Positions 39,291 to 50,609 are shown, numbered from the stretch's first letter. The stretch is DNA of 64,000 nucleotides from an uncultured Fodinibius sp. (GCA_913056455.1 CAJXMJ010000002.1:599665-663664), one strand, 5' to 3'. Translations and numbers: made by a program. The notes: generated by a model from the letters alone, not told the origin.

Positions 39291-41747
39291 ATGGCAAGAG
39301 ATAAAATTATACCTATTGCGATAGAAGAAGAGATGCAGTCGGCCTATATCGATTATTCGATGTCGGTTATTGTATCTCGTGCCCTTCCCGATGTTCGGGA
39401 TGGTTTAAAGCCGGTTCACCGACGTATTCTCTATGGGATGAGTGAGCTGGGGATGCTTCACAACAGAAATTATAAAAAGAGTGCTCGTATTGTAGGTGAG
39501 GTGCTCGGTAAGTATCACCCGCATGGTGACTCGGCCGTTTACGATTCGATTGTTCGAATGGTGCAAGATTTCTCCTTACGCTATCCCTTAGTGGACGGAC
39601 AAGGAAACTTTGGTTCTATTGACGGTGATTCCGCAGCAGCAATGCGTTATACGGAAGTTCGTATGGAACGTATTGCCGAGGAAATGCTTACGGATATCAA
39701 CAAAGAGACCGTCGACTTTAACGATAACTTTGATGATACCCTTCAAGAACCAACGGTTCTCCCGGGAATGCTGCCGAATATGCTGCTGAACGGAGCTTCA
39801 GGTATTGCGGTGGGGATGGCCACAAATATGGCGCCACATAATCTGACAGAAACCATTGACGGTATTGTTGCCTATCTGGATAATCCGGATATTGAATGCA
39901 AGGAGCTTATGGAACATATTCCTGCTCCTGACTTTCCTACTGGCGGCATCATTTACGGTTATGAAGGAGTAAAGGAAGCCTATGAAACCGGTCGTGGAAA
40001 AATCACCCTTCGTGCCCGCTGCACAACCGAAGAGTTGCGTCACGGACGTGAACAAATTGTAATTACTGAAATACCCTACCAGGTCAATAAAACGACCTTG
40101 GTACAGAAGATTGCCAAGCTGGCTCAAAACGAAAAAATTGATGAAATTTCTGAGATCCGTGATGAGTCTGATCGTGACGGAATGCGCATTGTGGTAATAC
40201 TTAAAAGAAATGCCAATACAGGCATTGTGCTCAATCAGCTTTATAAGTATACACAGATGCAGACGACCTTTGGGGTTATTAGTTTGGCGCTTGTGAAAGG
40301 GCGACCAAAAGTAATGCCGCTTAAGGAGCTAATTTATCATTATGTAGAGCATCGTGTTGAAGTAATTATTCGACGTACGCTTTATGATCTGGATCAGGCG
40401 GAATCGCGTGCACATATTCTTGAAGGTCTTAAGATTGCGCTGGATGATCTTGATGAAGTGATTAAAACGATCCGCGCCTCCGATAGTCCGCAAGAAGCGA
40501 ATGAGGCGCTACGTTCCAAGTTTGCCCTTACGGATATTCAGGCAAAAGCCATTCTGGATATGCGCCTGCAGAAGCTTACCGGACTGGAACGCGATAAAAT
40601 TGAGCTGGAATACAACGATATTGCCGAGAAAATTGAGGACTATCGCGAGATTCTCGCTAACCGTGATCGCCAGAAATCTATTATTAAGGATGAGCTTCTG
40701 GAGATTAAAGATCGGTATGGTGATGAGCGCCGTACGCAAATTGTGCACTCTGCCGAGGACTTCAGCGTTGAGGATATGATCGCCGACGAGGATGTAGTTG
40801 TTACTATCTCCAACAAAGGCTTCATCAAGCGAATGCCGGTCAGCGGTTACCGCCGACAAAAGCGCGGTGGAAAAGGAATGAAAGGTACCACTACCAAAGA
40901 TGACGAATATGTAGAGCATCTTTTTGTCGCGACTAACCATAATTACATTCTGTTCTTTACGGAAAAAGGACAATGTTATTGGTTGAAAGTCTATGAGATT
41001 CCCGAAGGTTCGAGAACCGCACGCGGACGTGCCATTGTTAATCTTATCGATATAGATAAGGATGACTCCATCAAGACATTTGTTCCGGTGAAAACGCTGG
41101 ATGATGAGGAGTACATCAACAACAATTACATTATTATGGCTACGAAAGAGGGTAAGGTTAAGAAAACGACCCTCGAAGCTTATAGCCGTCCGCGCCGAGA
41201 TGGAATTATTGCCATCAACATAAATGATGATGACTCATTGCTTGAAGCTGCTCTTACAAATGGTGAAAGCAATATTATTCTAGCCAATAGAAAAGGACGA
41301 GCCATTCGATTCCACGAAGATGAAGTCCGTGATATGGGCCGTAATACTTCCGGAGTTAAAGGGATGGATCTTGGTAACGATAACGAGCTTGTTGATATGG
41401 TTGTTATCAAAAATACCCATGGTGCTACCGTTCTGGCGATTTCTGAAAACGGTTACGGCAAACGTTCGCTGGTCGAAGATTACCGCGAGCAAAGTCGGGG
41501 CGGTAAAGGAGTGATTACGCTCAAGGTTACCAAGAAAACCGGAGAGCTTATTGCTCTTAAAGATGTCTCCGACAAAGATGACCTAATGGTAATCACTGAG
41601 GGTGGAAAAGTAATCCGGATGAGTTGTGACGGAATTCGAACAATGGGTAGAAATACGCAAGGTGTTCGAATCATGCGTCTCGATACAGAAGGAAAGATTG
41701 CTGCCGTAACCCGCGTTGTCAACGAAGAAGAAGACGAGACCGTGTAG
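39291..41747 (+). CDS. gyrA: DNA gyrase subunit A
   Basis: [27 protein letters not shown] and AAMRYTE motifs with a C-terminal beta-pinwheel repeat region. Confidence 0.97.
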   Translation: MARDKIIPIAIEEEMQSAYIDYSMSVIVSRALPDVRDGLKPVHRRILYGMSELGMLHNRNYKKSARIVGEVLGKYHPHGDSAVYDSIVRMVQDFSLRYPLVDGQGNFGSIDGDSAAAMRYTEVRMERIAEEMLTDINKETVDFNDNFDDTLQEPTVLPGMLPNMLLNGASGIAVGMATNMAPHNLTETIDGIVAYLDNPDIECKELMEHIPAPDFPTGGIIYGYEGVKEAYETGRGKITLRARCTTEELRHGREQIVITEIPYQVNKTTLVQKIAKLAQNEKIDEISEIRDESDRDGMRIVVILKRNANTGIVLNQLYKYTQMQTTFGVISLALVKGRPKVMPLKELIYHYVEHRVEVIIRRTLYDLDQAESRAHILEGLKIALDDLDEVIKTIRASDSPQEANEALRSKFALTDIQAKAILDMRLQKLTGLERDKIELEYNDIAEKIEDYREILANRDRQKSIIKDELLEIKDRYGDERRTQIVHSAEDFSVEDMIADEDVVVTISNKGFIKRMPVSGYRRQKRGGKGMKGTTTKDDEYVEHLFVATNHNYILFFTEKGQCYWLKVYEIPEGSRTARGRAIVNLIDIDKDDSIKTFVPVKTLDDEEYINNNYIIMATKEGKVKKTTLEAYSRPRRDGIIAININDDDSLLEAALTNGESNIILANRKGRAIRFHEDEVRDMGRNTSGVKGMDLGNDNELVDMVVIKNTHGATVLAISENGYGKRSLVEDYREQSRGGKGVITLKVTKKTGELIALKDVSDKDDLMVITEGGKVIRMSCDGIRTMGRNTQGVRIMRLDTEGKIAAVTRVVNEEEDETV

Positions 41748-41780
41748 CAGTAAATTATTGTTTCTTAAGCTTATAAAGTG

Positions 41781-41818
41781 AGCCCTGTCAGAAATCGAAT
41801 TCTGACAGGGCTTTTTAT
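41781..41818. terminator. Bidirectional rho-independent terminator between gyrA and ldh
   Basis: AGCCCTGTCAGAA pairs with TTCTGACAGGGCT, followed by TTTTTATTT. Confidence 0.8.
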
Positions 41819-41819
41819 T

Positions 41820-42770
41820 TTAATCGATTTCTGTAATTCCGGATAAACTTTCTTTCAAGATATTTGCTGATTGGGTTAGCCCTTCTATTTCTTCGTCCGT
41901 AAGGTCAGGAGTGATTTTGTTTTTTACCCCCTCCAGGCCGATTACACTTTGGAGGCTCATACATACATTGTTGATACCGTATTCATTATCCCAAGAGACA
42001 CTGACAGGAATGACACTTTTCTCATCTTCCAAGATACCTTCAACGATTCGAGCGATTACAACACCAATAGCAGTATTGGTAAAACCTTTACGATCGATAA
42101 TTTCATAAGCGGCATTTTTGGATTTTTGAAAAAGGGTGTTGAGGGCGTCTCTATTATAGGGCTTGTCCATAATCGTATTATGTTCAATTGGCTTGCCACC
42201 AATGTTAGCTTGGCTCCAGATCGGTACTTCTGAGTCACCGTGTTCTCCCAGGATATAAGCATGCACTGATCGGGGATCAACGCCATAGTATTCGCCAAGG
42301 AGAGCTCGGAAACGTGCAGTGTCCAAAAGGGTACCTGTTCCAATAATACGATGCGGTTCACGACTGCTTAATTGCTGTGAAACATAAGTCAGAATATCGA
42401 CTGGATTCGTAGCAATAATAAGAATGGCATTGGGAGCATGTTTGTCCAATTTTGAAATAATATCTTTGAAAACAGCAGCATTTCTGTTTAAGAGTTCAAG
42501 TCGCGATTCATCTGGAGATTTTTGTCCCACCCCGGCAGTAACAACAATAACCTGTGCGTGTTTAAGATCTTCATAACTTCCAGATCGAACCTTAACATTT
42601 CCCACCAAAAGCTGACCATGCATTAAGTCCATGGCTTCACCCTCAGCTTTTTCTTTGTTTTGGTCGATTAATATAATTTCACTTGCTATCCGCTGATTGA
42701 AGAGGGCATAGGCTGCGGCCACTCCAACATTACCGGTGCCGATAATACCAACTGTTCTTCGCTGTATCAT
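41820..42770 (-). CDS. ldh: L-lactate dehydrogenase
   Basis: GTGNVG Rossmann motif, TAGVGQK (Gln at the specificity position, LDH-type) and GEHGDSE. Confidence 0.8.
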   Translation of the reverse strand: MIQRRTVGIIGTGNVGVAAAYALFNQRIASEIILIDQNKEKAEGEAMDLMHGQLLVGNVKVRSGSYEDLKHAQVIVVTAGVGQKSPDESRLELLNRNAAVFKDIISKLDKHAPNAILIIATNPVDILTYVSQQLSSREPHRIIGTGTLLDTARFRALLGEYYGVDPRSVHAYILGEHGDSEVPIWSQANIGGKPIEHNTIMDKPYNRDALNTLFQKSKNAAYEIIDRKGFTNTAIGVVIARIVEGILEDEKSVIPVSVSWDNEYGINNVCMSLQSVIGLEGVKNKITPDLTDEEIEGLTQSANILKESLSGITEID

Positions 42771-42806
42771 AATCTATTTTAAGTTTTTTGAATTCTATGA
42801 TAGTAT

Positions 42807-43790
42807 TTACTTATCAATCATTTCCTTTAATAAGTTCTGTCTTTTTTCTATTAAAATATCTGGAGAAACTAATTTTACATCTTTCGGAAACTGTAACAGC
42901 CATTCATTAATGAAATCCAAATTATCAAAATAAAACTCGATCCTAAATAAATTAGGTTTAATTTTGTTTTTCTTAAATATTTTTGTCGGCAGATTGGCCT
43001 GAAACCGCTTCAATGCCTTTTCAGATACATCTACTATTATTTTATCCGAACTGTCGTCAGATCGGAAAATAAGCCCCTCCACGTCGATTTTACCATATGG
43101 GACGAATTCTTCGTCCAAAATTTCAATATCTGACATCCGATCGAGTACAAAGTTTCGGGTATCGTCTCTTTTATGAGAGTGACCTATTGCATTCCAGTGG
43201 TCGCGATAAAAAACGATAATATAGGGATCGACTTTTCGTGAGGTTATTTCTTCTGTTGATTTCGAATGATAATCAAAACGAATGGTTTTGTTTTCTGCGA
43301 TGGCATTGCTGATGACATACCAGTCGCCCCCCTCCATCTTTTCTGCGCCAAAATTTAGGTATGGGTCCACAACCGTTCGTTCTTCCAGTGATTCCATAAA
43401 GTCGCGCAGTTCATCCGGAACCACTTCTTTGATCTTCAGCTCAACGCCCTTGGCATCTTCAATAAGTTTTTGGTCCACCTGGGACTTTACAAAGTTGAGT
43501 CCCACCATAATGGTAGCAAGCTCTTTATTTGTGAACATTAGGGGAGGAATTTTATATCCCTGCATAATGCCATAGCCATGGTACTTGTCATGTGTGACAG
43601 GGACATTCATTTCTGAAAGAGCATTGAAATCGCGGAATACGGTACGGCGACTGATATTAAATTTGTCGGCAATTTTATCTACCGTAATGCGGCTATTTGA
43701 TTGTTGAAGCATAAGGATGAGCTTCATTCTGCGCTCGGAACTGTTCATCAATAAATAGGGTAAATTTTGAGTAAGGGATGAAGGTCGCAA
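42807..43790 (-). CDS. HTH + WYL-domain transcriptional regulator (YafY-like)
   Basis: N-terminal ITVDKIADKFNISRRTVFRDFNAL HTH and a central WYL-type region. An alternative start is the ATG at 43727. Confidence 0.7.
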   Translation of the reverse strand: MRPSSLTQNLPYLLMNSSERRMKLILMLQQSNSRITVDKIADKFNISRRTVFRDFNALSEMNVPVTHDKYHGYGIMQGYKIPPLMFTNKELATIMVGLNFVKSQVDQKLIEDAKGVELKIKEVVPDELRDFMESLEERTVVDPYLNFGAEKMEGGDWYVISNAIAENKTIRFDYHSKSTEEITSRKVDPYIIVFYRDHWNAIGHSHKRDDTRNFVLDRMSDIEILDEEFVPYGKIDVEGLIFRSDDSSDKIIVDVSEKALKRFQANLPTKIFKKNKIKPNLFRIEFYFDNLDFINEWLLQFPKDVKLVSPDILIEKRQNLLKEMIDK

Positions 43791-43836
43791 TATAAGTGAA
43801 ACCGCAGAGATTCTCAGTTAAGAAAAGAAGGGAAGG

Positions 43837-44472
43837 TTAGGATTTTTCGACGACAATGATAGCTTTGCCGCTATAAAATTCATGGCCACTGGAGAGGTCA
43901 AGACATGTGATATTTATCGGGGCGGATATATTATTTAGCTCATCCTCAAAATCTAACCCCTTGTACAGAACCATCTTTTCCCAAGATAAATGGCTGGTCA
44001 TTTCAATGAGATCGCCGATTTTAAAAGCGTGTTTTGAGACGAGAATACATTCTTCTTCAAGATGTAAATCCTCAATTGAACCGTCTACTATACCAATATT
44101 ATTTAAACTTAAGTCCCGTGCTATTTGCTTGATGGCCAGACACTTTTTGGTGACCAAATCATTAAGTACAAAATGTTTGTCGGGATGGGTGGTGGCTAAT
44201 GGGAGACCGGGTAGCCCACCGCCGGTTCCGGTGTCGAGGAATAGTTTGTTTTTTTGAAAGAGTTCCATTGATGAAAGGAGCAGGGAATGACGAATATGCT
44301 CCCAAGTAGTTTCACGTGAAACGTCTCGACTAACGAGGTTTACGCGATTATTCCACCAAAGCAGTTTTTCTAAATAGGATTCGAGCTCACTTCGAAATTC
44401 TGCAATAAGTTCATCGATCTGAGTAAATGTTCCACGTGGAACGTTTTTTCGAATGATATTATATTGTTCCAC
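43837..44472 (-). CDS. rsmG: 16S rRNA (guanine527-N7)-methyltransferase
   Basis: LLWWNNRVNLVSRDVSRET... and DTGTGGGLPGLPLA SAM motif. GTG start. Confidence 0.9.
   Translation of the reverse strand: MEQYNIIRKNVPRGTFTQIDELIAEFRSELESYLEKLLWWNNRVNLVSRDVSRETTWEHIRHSLLLSSMELFQKNKLFLDTGTGGGLPGLPLATTHPDKHFVLNDLVTKKCLAIKQIARDLSLNNIGIVDGSIEDLHLEEECILVSKHAFKIGDLIEMTSHLSWEKMVLYKGLDFEDELNNISAPINITCLDLSSGHEFYSGKAIIVVEKS
44308..44323. promoter_or_regulatory. parS-like site 1 (AGTTTCACGTGAAACG)
   Basis: The central 14 nt GTTTCACGTGAAAC form a perfect palindrome matching the parS consensus TGTTNCACGTGAAACA. Confidence 0.75.
44428..44443. promoter_or_regulatory. parS-like site 2 (TGTTCCACGTGGAACG)
   Basis: Perfect palindrome GTTCCACGTGGAAC; 14/16 match to TGTTCCACGTGAAACA. 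Confidence 0.7.
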
Positions 44473-44480
44473 GTGAAACC
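44465..44480. promoter_or_regulatory. parS-like site 3 (TGTTCCACGTGAAACC), overlapping the rsmG start codon
   Basis: 15/16 match to the Bacillus-type consensus TGTTCCACGTGAAACA. Confidence 0.8.
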
Positions 44481-44493
44481 TATTTACTTATAT

Positions 44494-46383
44494 TTAGTTG
44501 TTTAGGTAAACCATTAGTACTGATATATCACTGGGAGTAACGCCGCTAATTCTGCTGGCTTGACCCAGTGTCTCAGGTTTAATGCGCTCCATTTTTTGCT
44601 GACCTTCAGCAGAAAGGCTGTTTATCTTGTCATAATTAAGTTTCTCTGGGATGAGGGTGTCTTCCTGTTTTTTCATTTCCTCAACCATTTCAAATTCCTT
44701 TTCGATGTATCCGGCATATTTTATCTGAATCTCTACCTGCTCATACACAAGTTCATCAGTAGTGATTTCGTGGGCTTTTGCTTTGAGTTCCGGGTCGGCA
44801 TTCATCAGGTTAAAAATAGAAAGCTCGGGACGAGGAATAAGGGTTTTTGCTTTAACCGGCTGGGAAAGGGTGGAGGTGTCTTGCTCCTTAAGCATCGGGT
44901 CCATTTTATCCGGATAGACCGTATAATCCGCGAAAAGATCATGAATTTTATCGATGGCATCTTTTTTTGTGTTGAATTTTTCAAAGCGTTCATCAGAAGC
45001 AAGGCCAATTTTATGTCCGAGCTCAGTAAGGCGTAGATCGGCATTATCCTGACGAAGTAAAATACGATGTTCGGCACGAGAGGTGAACATCCGATAGGGT
45101 TCTTCGGTACCTTTGGTAATAAGATCATCAATGAGTACACCGATATATGCTTCGGATCGTTTAAGGATGAATTCTTCTTTACCTTGAACTTTTCGTGCTG
45201 CATTGATGCCAGCCATAAGTCCTTGGCAGCCGGCTTCTTCATAGCCGGTAGTACCATTGATTTGTCCAGCGAAAAAGAGTCCTTCTGTAATTTTGGTTTC
45301 CATGCTGCGGCGAATTTGATACGGTGGAAAGTAGTCGTATTCAATAGCGTAACCCGGCCGAAGCATTACAGCATCCTCAAATCCTGGGATAGTACGCAGT
45401 GCTTTGTACTGGACGTCCTCTGGCAGGGATGTGGAAAAACCATTTAGATACATTTCGTAAGTATTCCATCCTTCCGGCTCAAGAAATAGTTGGTGACTGT
45501 CTTTGTCAGAAAAACGATTGATTTTATCTTCAATAGAAGGACAATATCGTGGGCCTGTTGATTCAATAGTACCATTGAACATGGGACTCCGATCGAAGCC
45601 GGAGCGCAGCATATCATGGACTTCCTCATTCGTATTGCCGATCCAGCAGGTAAGCTGTTCTTCTCGGGATGGAAGAGTCTCCGTCATAAAGGAAAAGGCA
45701 TTGGGATCTTCATCTCCATACTGAATTTCCAGCTTGTCGTAATTAATTGAGCGACCGTCAATACGAGGAGGCGTTCCTGTTTTAAGTCGACCGACTTCAA
45801 AGCCAAGATCTTCAAGTGCCGCAGAAATTCCAATCGACGCTCGTTCACCTGAGCGACCTCCTCCGAAATTAGTGTCACCGATATGCATTAAGCCATTGCC
45901 GAAAGTGCCGGTAGTAAGGATTACGGAATCTGCTTCAAAGACTTGTCCGGTTGAAGTCTTTACCCCCGTTGCTCTTTTCCCATCGTCAGTGGTTAACACA
46001 TCTACAACATTATCCTGGCGAAAATGAAGATTCTCTTTCTTCTCGAGTTCTTCTCTCATGGTTTTGCTATAAAGAGCCCGATCACTTTGGCAACGTGGAC
46101 TCCACATTGCCGGCCCTTTACTGGTATTCAGAATACGAAATTGTACGCCGGATTTATCTGCGACTTTGCCCATGAGTCCACCTAGGGCATCAATTTCTCG
46201 GACTAATTGACCTTTAGCAACACCGCCGATAGCCGGATTGCAAGACATTTTTGCAATGGCGTCAAGGTTCATAGTTATGAGTAATGTGTTCGCACCAATT
46301 TCTGCAGCAGCGCCCGCGGCTTCACTGCCTGCGTGACCGGCTCCAACTACAATGACATCGTATTTTGGGAAAAGAGAATCCAT
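44494..46383 (-). CDS. mnmG: tRNA uridine-5-carboxymethylaminomethyl modification enzyme MnmG (GidA)
   Basis: YDVIVVGAGHAGSEAA FAD motif, GPRYCPSIE and GQINGTTGYEEA. Confidence 0.96.
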   Translation of the reverse strand: MDSLFPKYDVIVVGAGHAGSEAAGAAAEIGANTLLITMNLDAIAKMSCNPAIGGVAKGQLVREIDALGGLMGKVADKSGVQFRILNTSKGPAMWSPRCQSDRALYSKTMREELEKKENLHFRQDNVVDVLTTDDGKRATGVKTSTGQVFEADSVILTTGTFGNGLMHIGDTNFGGGRSGERASIGISAALEDLGFEVGRLKTGTPPRIDGRSINYDKLEIQYGDEDPNAFSFMTETLPSREEQLTCWIGNTNEEVHDMLRSGFDRSPMFNGTIESTGPRYCPSIEDKINRFSDKDSHQLFLEPEGWNTYEMYLNGFSTSLPEDVQYKALRTIPGFEDAVMLRPGYAIEYDYFPPYQIRRSMETKITEGLFFAGQINGTTGYEEAGCQGLMAGINAARKVQGKEEFILKRSEAYIGVLIDDLITKGTEEPYRMFTSRAEHRILLRQDNADLRLTELGHKIGLASDERFEKFNTKKDAIDKIHDLFADYTVYPDKMDPMLKEQDTSTLSQPVKAKTLIPRPELSIFNLMNADPELKAKAHEITTDELVYEQVEIQIKYAGYIEKEFEMVEEMKKQEDTLIPEKLNYDKINSLSAEGQQKMERIKPETLGQASRISGVTPSDISVLMVYLNN

Positions 46384-46538
46384 AATATTTCTAAGTGTAT
46401 GTTTTTATTACACTTATATTATTAAATATATTGAAGTTATTGTGTTTGTCTCAATCCTTTATTGTTATCGCGACAATATTGAGAGTCTCCAAAAATAAGG
46501 GTTTTTGAGCAAAATATTTAGCATCCCCATAAACCCAA

Positions 46539-48269
46539 TCATTCTTGTTCGCCCATAAGATGAGAGGGCTCTTCTTTCTCATTTTCAAGGCTTTCTACAG
46601 CTCGATTGATATTTAAGTAAAACTGTTCGGGGCCAATAATATTTTCCAGCCCGGACTTTTTAAATAGATCACGTACCGGACCTTTGACACCTGTGAAAAT
46701 AACATCGATGTCACGATTTTTATATTCATCTGCTAATTCTTTAAGAGCGTGAAGTGCACTAGAGTCCACCTTGTTAATTCCGATGGCATCGATTATGACT
46801 TGATCCAGGTTTTTACCGCTTTCAATTTCAAGTTCTTCTAATTTTTCTTTCATATAGGGGATATTTGCAAAATATAGGGAGGCATCGATACGGACGATAA
46901 TTGTGTGGGTTTGTGTAAGGCCTTCGGGATGTCTTTCTAAATCGCGATAGTGATCAGTATCAGGTAGCCGACCAAGCATTACAATATTTGGATAACTGCT
47001 ACGATGAATCACAATTCCAAGGGATATCAATACCCCAATTCCTATTCCCTCAAGAATACCCAAGGCAAGGGTCGCAAAAAATGTTACCATCATAAGAGCA
47101 AACTCTCGTTTGCGAACTCTCCAAAGGAATTGTGCTTCTCCCACTTCAACAAGACTGGGAACTGCAGTAATGATGATAGCGGCCAATACCGTTTGAGGCA
47201 GATAATAGATAAGGGGAGTTAAAAATACGACCGTTAGTAATACAAGAGTTGCACTTATGAGTAAAGAAATACTTGTTTGGGCTTTATTTTGATTGTTTAC
47301 TGCTGTTCTTGAAAAGCTGCCGGCAACGGGAAAGGCATGAAAAACTGAACCGATCATATTTGAAAGGCCAATACTGAATAGTTCTTGGTTTGAGTCAACT
47401 TTGTAGTCGGGATTACGGCGAACCATTGCTTTTGCCAACGCTATAGATTGGGTATAACTCAAAAATGCAATCGCCAATACAGTAGGCAAGAGCTTCCAAA
47501 ATGGAAATTCAGAAATATTGGGTAAGACAGGAACGGGATAGCCCTCTTCTACACTGCCTACCGTATTAATGCCCATCTGATCTAATTGAAAAGCCCAGAC
47601 AAGAAAAATAGAGACTATTACAGTAATAAGTTGAGCAGGAAGGGAAGTATTCCAAATTTTTAATAACAAAATAAACGCAATAGCACTTGCCCCCATCATA
47701 AATGTTGGCCAGTGGATGTAGGATAAGTGGGAGGTTAAATCAGCTATTACGTTGATCACATATTTACTTCTCACCAGATCAAGGCCAAATAAATTACCCG
47801 CTTGACTGAAACCAATGATAAAGGCCGCGGCTGAAGTAAATCCGCTGAGGACGGGTTTAGAAATGAAATTCATTAGAAAGCCCAGTCGAAAAACCCCCAT
47901 AAGGAATTGGGTGATACCAACAAGGAGGGTAAGAGCCAATACTAATTGTATATAACGAGTACTGCCCGTTTCAGCGATACTTCCTACTCCGGTAGCAACA
48001 AGAATAGAGACAATGGCAACGGGACCAACCCCCAATTGGCGGGAGGTACCAAAAATGGCATAGATTAATAAAGGAACAATAGAAGCATACAGTCCATAAA
48101 CGGGAGGGAGTCCCGCCAGCATGGCGTAAGCCATACTTTGAGGAATAAGTAAGATACCAACTGTTAATCCTGCTCGTAAATCTTTCTTAAAATCAGAAAG
48201 CTGGTAATCTCTAAGCCAATCAGTTATGGGAATATATCGATCCAGCAGCGATTTATTGCTGTATTTCAT
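46539..48269 (-). CDS. SulP-family anion transporter with C-terminal STAS domain
   Basis: DLRAGLTVGILLIPQSMAYAMLAGLPPVYGLY signature, many TM helices and a STAS-like tail. Confidence 0.88.
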   Translation of the reverse strand: MKYSNKSLLDRYIPITDWLRDYQLSDFKKDLRAGLTVGILLIPQSMAYAMLAGLPPVYGLYASIVPLLIYAIFGTSRQLGVGPVAIVSILVATGVGSIAETGSTRYIQLVLALTLLVGITQFLMGVFRLGFLMNFISKPVLSGFTSAAAFIIGFSQAGNLFGLDLVRSKYVINVIADLTSHLSYIHWPTFMMGASAIAFILLLKIWNTSLPAQLITVIVSIFLVWAFQLDQMGINTVGSVEEGYPVPVLPNISEFPFWKLLPTVLAIAFLSYTQSIALAKAMVRRNPDYKVDSNQELFSIGLSNMIGSVFHAFPVAGSFSRTAVNNQNKAQTSISLLISATLVLLTVVFLTPLIYYLPQTVLAAIIITAVPSLVEVGEAQFLWRVRKREFALMMVTFFATLALGILEGIGIGVLISLGIVIHRSSYPNIVMLGRLPDTDHYRDLERHPEGLTQTHTIIVRIDASLYFANIPYMKEKLEELEIESGKNLDQVIIDAIGINKVDSSALHALKELADEYKNRDIDVIFTGVKGPVRDLFKKSGLENIIGPEQFYLNINRAVESLENEKEEPSHLMGEQE

Positions 48270-48385
48270 TTTGTAGATTAATCAATATTTAATTGACAAT
48301 CGTATTTGCAAAGGTTCCCAATTTTAGTTAGCAATTAAAAATCTGTTATCATTCCACCCTTAAAGAAGAAACAGATATTTTTGAT

Positions 48386-49153
48386 ATGAAAGCAATTTCT
48401 AAAGCCGTCATTCCAGCTGCGGGAAAGGGAACTCGGATGCGTCCGCTCACTAATTATTTAACCAAGCCGATGTTGCCGCTGGGAAAAAAGCCGGTACTGC
48501 AGCATATCATCGAAGAATTGAAAGAAGCGGGACTACATGAAATAGCTGTGGTAGCAAAAAACGAAGATCAAAAGATGGTCAACTATTTTGAGGATGATAC
48601 TGCGGTACAGTTTATCTTTGATGATTTGTTATCGGGACCAGGTGGAGCAATCTTAAAAACAGAGTCGTTTGTAAAAAATGAAGATTTCGTGGTGGTCTTT
48701 GCTGATGCTCCCCTGGAAGGTTCGGAAAGATCGAGATATTTAAAAGATCTTATATCCCTGAAAAGCAAAGAGGGTGTGATGGGGGCATTGGCAATTTATC
48801 CTATAGGTAAAGAGGAGGTCTCATCAAGGGGAGTGGTAAAGTTTGAAGCAGATAGATCTAAAGATGATAAAACAGTGCGGTTAACGAATATCATAGAAAA
48901 GCCGTCAGTTAAACCAGAAGATCCATGGGCAACGGCGTGTCGATATGTATTAGATCATAGGATTTTTGATATACTTAAACGAACAACACCTGATAAAAAT
49001 AATGAACTGCAGCTTACACCGGCTATTAGAAAAATGATTCAAAATGGAGATATGGTGTTGGGATATCCGTTACCAGACGGAATAACCCGTCATGATACGG
49101 GAAATTTTGAGGGCTACTTTAAAGCATTACGAGCGTTTATCCCATCACAATAA
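48386..49153 (+). CDS. Sugar-phosphate nucleotidyltransferase (GalU-like)
   Basis: KAVIPAAGKGTRMRPLT N-terminal motif. Confidence 0.7.
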   Translation: MKAISKAVIPAAGKGTRMRPLTNYLTKPMLPLGKKPVLQHIIEELKEAGLHEIAVVAKNEDQKMVNYFEDDTAVQFIFDDLLSGPGGAILKTESFVKNEDFVVVFADAPLEGSERSRYLKDLISLKSKEGVMGALAIYPIGKEEVSSRGVVKFEADRSKDDKTVRLTNIIEKPSVKPEDPWATACRYVLDHRIFDILKRTTPDKNNELQLTPAIRKMIQNGDMVLGYPLPDGITRHDTGNFEGYFKALRAFIPSQ

Positions 49154-49158
49154 ATGAG

Positions 49159-50139
49159 TTATAGCAGTCCTTCCTGAACCAACCATGTATGACAATCCCG
49201 AACAGATTTTTCAACAGGAGGAATGCTATATCCCAATTCCTTTATTGCTTTATCACTGGAATAGACCACGTTTCGTGTCATGAGTTTTGCAAGTTCTGGG
49301 GTAAGGTCAGGTTCATTTCCTGTCAAATATGAAATACCGGCCTGAAAATAAGCTGCCAGCTTGAGAATAGGGGCGGGAATTGTTTTCGGTTGTGCAGAAA
49401 GGTCAGATACTTCTGCGATGATAGATACAAATTCTGCAAAGGTACAGTTATGGCCTCCTAAAATATAGTTTTCTCCATCACGTCCATTATTGACTGCAGA
49501 AATATGTGCTTTTGCAACTTCTTTAACATGAGCCACACTCATATTGCCACGCGTAACGCCCGGAAGGTTATTATCCCGCAAAGCAAAAAATAGGCGTCCC
49601 CAGTTGTTGGTATCATGCGGACCCACAACCATCGCCGGATTCATAATTACAACTTTCATGCCCTGGTCGCGAGCTTTTAGTGCTTCGCGTTCGGATAGCC
49701 ATTTGGTACGTTCATAGTTAACCCAGGAGTCTCCACCGAGTTGAGGACTTTCTTCGGTAATGGTCCCGTCCATAGTACCCCAAGCTGAGACACTTGATGT
49801 GTGGATAAAAGTTGATACTGTTTTTTCGGAAGAGGCCCGGACCATATTTTTGGTTCCGGTAACATTAATCTCGCTTTGGCGATCATTATTTTGGGACCAC
49901 ATGTTTGTATCCCCGGCCAGGTGAAAGATAACATCAGTATTTTGGGGAATAGCGTTTTGAAGAGAAGAAAGATCAGTAATAGAACCTTCAACTAATGTAA
50001 CGGGCAGCTGTTTTATGGTTGATAAATCTGATTGAGCTCGATGTAAAGCAGTGACATCCCAATCCTTATCAACAAGTTGTTTAACTAAATTGATACCAAT
50101 AAAGCCGGTGCCGCCCGTAACAAATGCACTCTTTGCCAT
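49159..50139 (-). CDS. NAD-dependent epimerase/dehydratase (extended SDR)
   Basis: AFVTGGTGFIG motif and YERTK catalytic region. Start moved to the ATG at 50139; the tracked TTG is at 50172. Confidence 0.75.
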   Translation of the reverse strand: MAKSAFVTGGTGFIGINLVKQLVDKDWDVTALHRAQSDLSTIKQLPVTLVEGSITDLSSLQNAIPQNTDVIFHLAGDTNMWSQNNDRQSEINVTGTKNMVRASSEKTVSTFIHTSSVSAWGTMDGTITEESPQLGGDSWVNYERTKWLSEREALKARDQGMKVVIMNPAMVVGPHDTNNWGRLFFALRDNNLPGVTRGNMSVAHVKEVAKAHISAVNNGRDGENYILGGHNCTFAEFVSIIAEVSDLSAQPKTIPAPILKLAAYFQAGISYLTGNEPDLTPELAKLMTRNVVYSSDKAIKELGYSIPPVEKSVRDCHTWLVQEGLL

Positions 50140-50225
50140 AAATGTTGTTCTGCGTTTAAAGTGATTGTTCAAGTTATGGCAGATACAATATTAGTTTGAA
50201 TATGAGCCAAAGGTGAAGGAATCCC

Positions 50226-50263
50226 AAAATAAAAAGTCCTAAACTGTATTAGAGTTTAGGACT
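50226..50263 (-). terminator. Rho-independent terminator
   Basis: Perfect 11-bp stem AGTCCTAAACT/AGTTTAGGACT; on the minus strand it is followed by TTTTTATTTT. Confidence 0.7.
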
Positions 50264-50285
50264 AAATAGAAAGAGAATGGCAATG

Positions 50286-50609
50286 TTATTGATCTTTATG
50301 CCAATCCAGAAATTCAACAATCGCCCGCCAAACAGCTTCCATTTTCGTTTCGGCTTCAGATTCGAAGGTGGTGTCATCATCAACGACAACCATGCAGGCT
50401 TTATCTTTGATAAGCACGGAATAGCCCAGATCATCCTCAATTTTTATGACAACCGGCATAAGCCATTTCCAAGCCAGGTGAAACTTCATATCTTCAAGTT
50501 GGAGAAACGCTAATGGGATGTCTTTTACATCATCCTGGTCTATTTTAATGGTCGATCCCATCAGATCTTCGATCAGGCGATTGCCCTTATTAATTTCTTC
50601 TTGGGTCAT
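50286..50609 (-). CDS. Hypothetical acidic 107-aa protein
   Basis: ORF only; no motif recognised. Confidence 0.4.
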   Translation of the reverse strand: MTQEEINKGNRLIEDLMGSTIKIDQDDVKDIPLAFLQLEDMKFHLAWKWLMPVVIKIEDDLGYSVLIKDKACMVVVDDDTTFESEAETKMEAVWRAIVEFLDWHKDQ

